64,000 nucleotides of DNA from assembly GCF_004010195.1 (NCBI RefSeq), contig NC_057719.1:21280418-21344417 (forward strand), written 5' to 3'. Source of the stretch: Chiloscyllium plagiosum. Its lineage: Eukaryota. Shown here in pieces: positions 62,383-64,000 of this stretch; the first letter of the stretch is position 1; the number at the start of each line of letters is the position of its first letter. The notes beneath the pieces are model-generated. The model had not been told where the DNA came from. It saw only the letters and a program-made list of their open reading frames with translations, and searched no databases. The position numbers and the translations under genes are program-made.

Positions 62383-63645
62383 TTCTGACATTTATCAGCA
62401 GGGTATTAGATGCAGATGAAACTGAAGATTCAATCTACTGTGCCCCTCACAAGCACTCCTGCTGCCCATTTCTGCTTATTCAATCAAAGCACCTGATGGT
62501 GAATTAGTAGGCCATCAAGTAAGAAAGGTGACAATTATAAATGCACTCGGGAGCTCCGAGCAGAACAGGGACTATATGGCTGGGTATCACGTGGCAAAGT
62601 GGTACTGTGTGAATGTAAAGTCAGCCCTAACTAGAACTGTAAAAGTCCCTTACTCTTAGAATCATTCTTTATTTTGCATTAAAAGTTGAAAAACAGGCAG
62701 ATATAACCCCCTTGCCCAAAAGGAGCCACTGATACATTCAACTCTGGTACCAAATATCTACCACCCTGGATCATACCCTGGTACAGCAGCAAAACAATCT
62801 TGAGGAAAGACTGTCATTTCACCCCGGGGCCGTTTAACCTGTAATATACAAGCAATTTTCTGACTTTAAATTGATTTCAATTCATTACAAGGAATTTTGA
62901 ATTACTTGAGCTCCCATGGGCAGTACTTAAGTCGTGGCCCTAAAGGGAAAAGTCAGATTATCAGTTCAGCAACATTATAACAATCCAGACCTCATGTCAC
63001 CTATGAATAGTACCATGAGATCCTTTCAAAGGTTAGTAAATTGTTCTGAGTTATGATAAACTGATGCCATATCATACTGTCAAAGCAGTGTGATCTGAGT
63101 ATAAATGCATCAAATAATCAAAAAGGGAACATTTCAATCAAGGAACATCTCAGACACTGATTTATTTCTAAGCAGGACCATATACTGATAATTCTTATTG
63201 ATCTTTTTTTAAACTTCGGAATCGCATTAAGCCATAAAGTACAGAAATCAGATTCAGGGCAAGTTATTTTAAAAATCTAGTGATAATTCTAATAGTGATG
63301 CTTTGAAATAGTGTTTTATTTATATATGGAAGTGATTCAAAATCCTAACCAGAGAGCTGAAAGTAGTTCTGTTTAAAGTTACTGGAAAATATTTTTGTTA
63401 TCTGCAATCACTGTGGACAGGTTAAACCCAAACTCACCAGGTTGGAAACTCATAGGATAGATGAATGGTATTTCTACTTATTGTTCAATATCACTTTATG
63501 CCGACTTTAATGAAGATTTAGAGCAGGAGGATTGGAAAATAGCACTACACATGATACTGACAGTTTGCTGACACGTTAGATTAGAATTACTCCCCACAGT
63601 CAAACTTAAGTAGGACTGAAAGGATGCAAGTTTAATTCTATTTGA

Positions 63646-63738
63646 TTCCTGAAGAAGGGCTCATGCCCGAAACATCGATTCTCCTGCTCCTTGGATGCTG
63701 CCTGACCTGCTGCACTTTTCCAGCAACACATTTTCAGC
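63646..63738 (+). mobile_element. Solo hammerhead-headed PLE-tail insertion, 14-bp TSD
   Basis: TSD ttaattctatttga at 63632-63645 and 63739-63752; attc CTGAAGA agggc tcat gccc GAAA cATC gatt. Confidence 0.9.
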
Positions 63739-64000
63739 TTAATTCTATTTGAAACAGGTACCTTAGCATTCTCATTAAAACAGTGAGAAAACCACATGGA
63801 TATGATAAGGATTCAATATTGTCATGTCTGGAAAGTGTAACTTGAAAGATCAAATTCTCTCGATCCCACTAATTTACTGGTCACTTGCATGAATTGTGCT
63901 GTTTGGTAACAAGAGTTGGTCCTGATTTCGAACTCAAACAAAATTATTCTTTGTTTATGACATTGAATATATATCAGTACTGATAAACGATTCTATCACA

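Overview
Eukaryotic, AT-rich, repeat-dense window with no recognisable host protein-coding gene, so probably an intron or gene desert. The repeat complement suggests a cartilaginous fish, probably a shark (inference). It includes CR1 LINEs with an SGNH-esterase ORF1, HE1/V-SINE-like and Deu-domain SINEs, Rex1/Babar and RTE fragments, Penelope-like elements (PLEs) and Harbinger-type MITEs. All informative ORFs in the track are broken retroelement fragments. An assembly gap lies at 44680-45637. The main finding is more than 20 short (about 75-550 bp) PLE-derived insertions. Most carry a minimal type I hammerhead ribozyme (CTGANGA-stemII-GAAA-C/G..TH), and at least four sequence families are present. 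Many are fold-back (inverted-repeat) structures flanked by 9-17 bp target-site duplications (TSDs), with ends or turn-points clustering at the ribozyme. Other oddities are two insertions flanked by 34-bp and 50-bp perfect duplications (one matches sequence 14 kb away in inverted orientation), a CpG-decayed tRNA-Lys(CTT) heading a composite element, non-coding elements with Rex1-type tails, and a few minus-strand splice-site candidates. Boundaries of old repeats are approximate and were read by eye.
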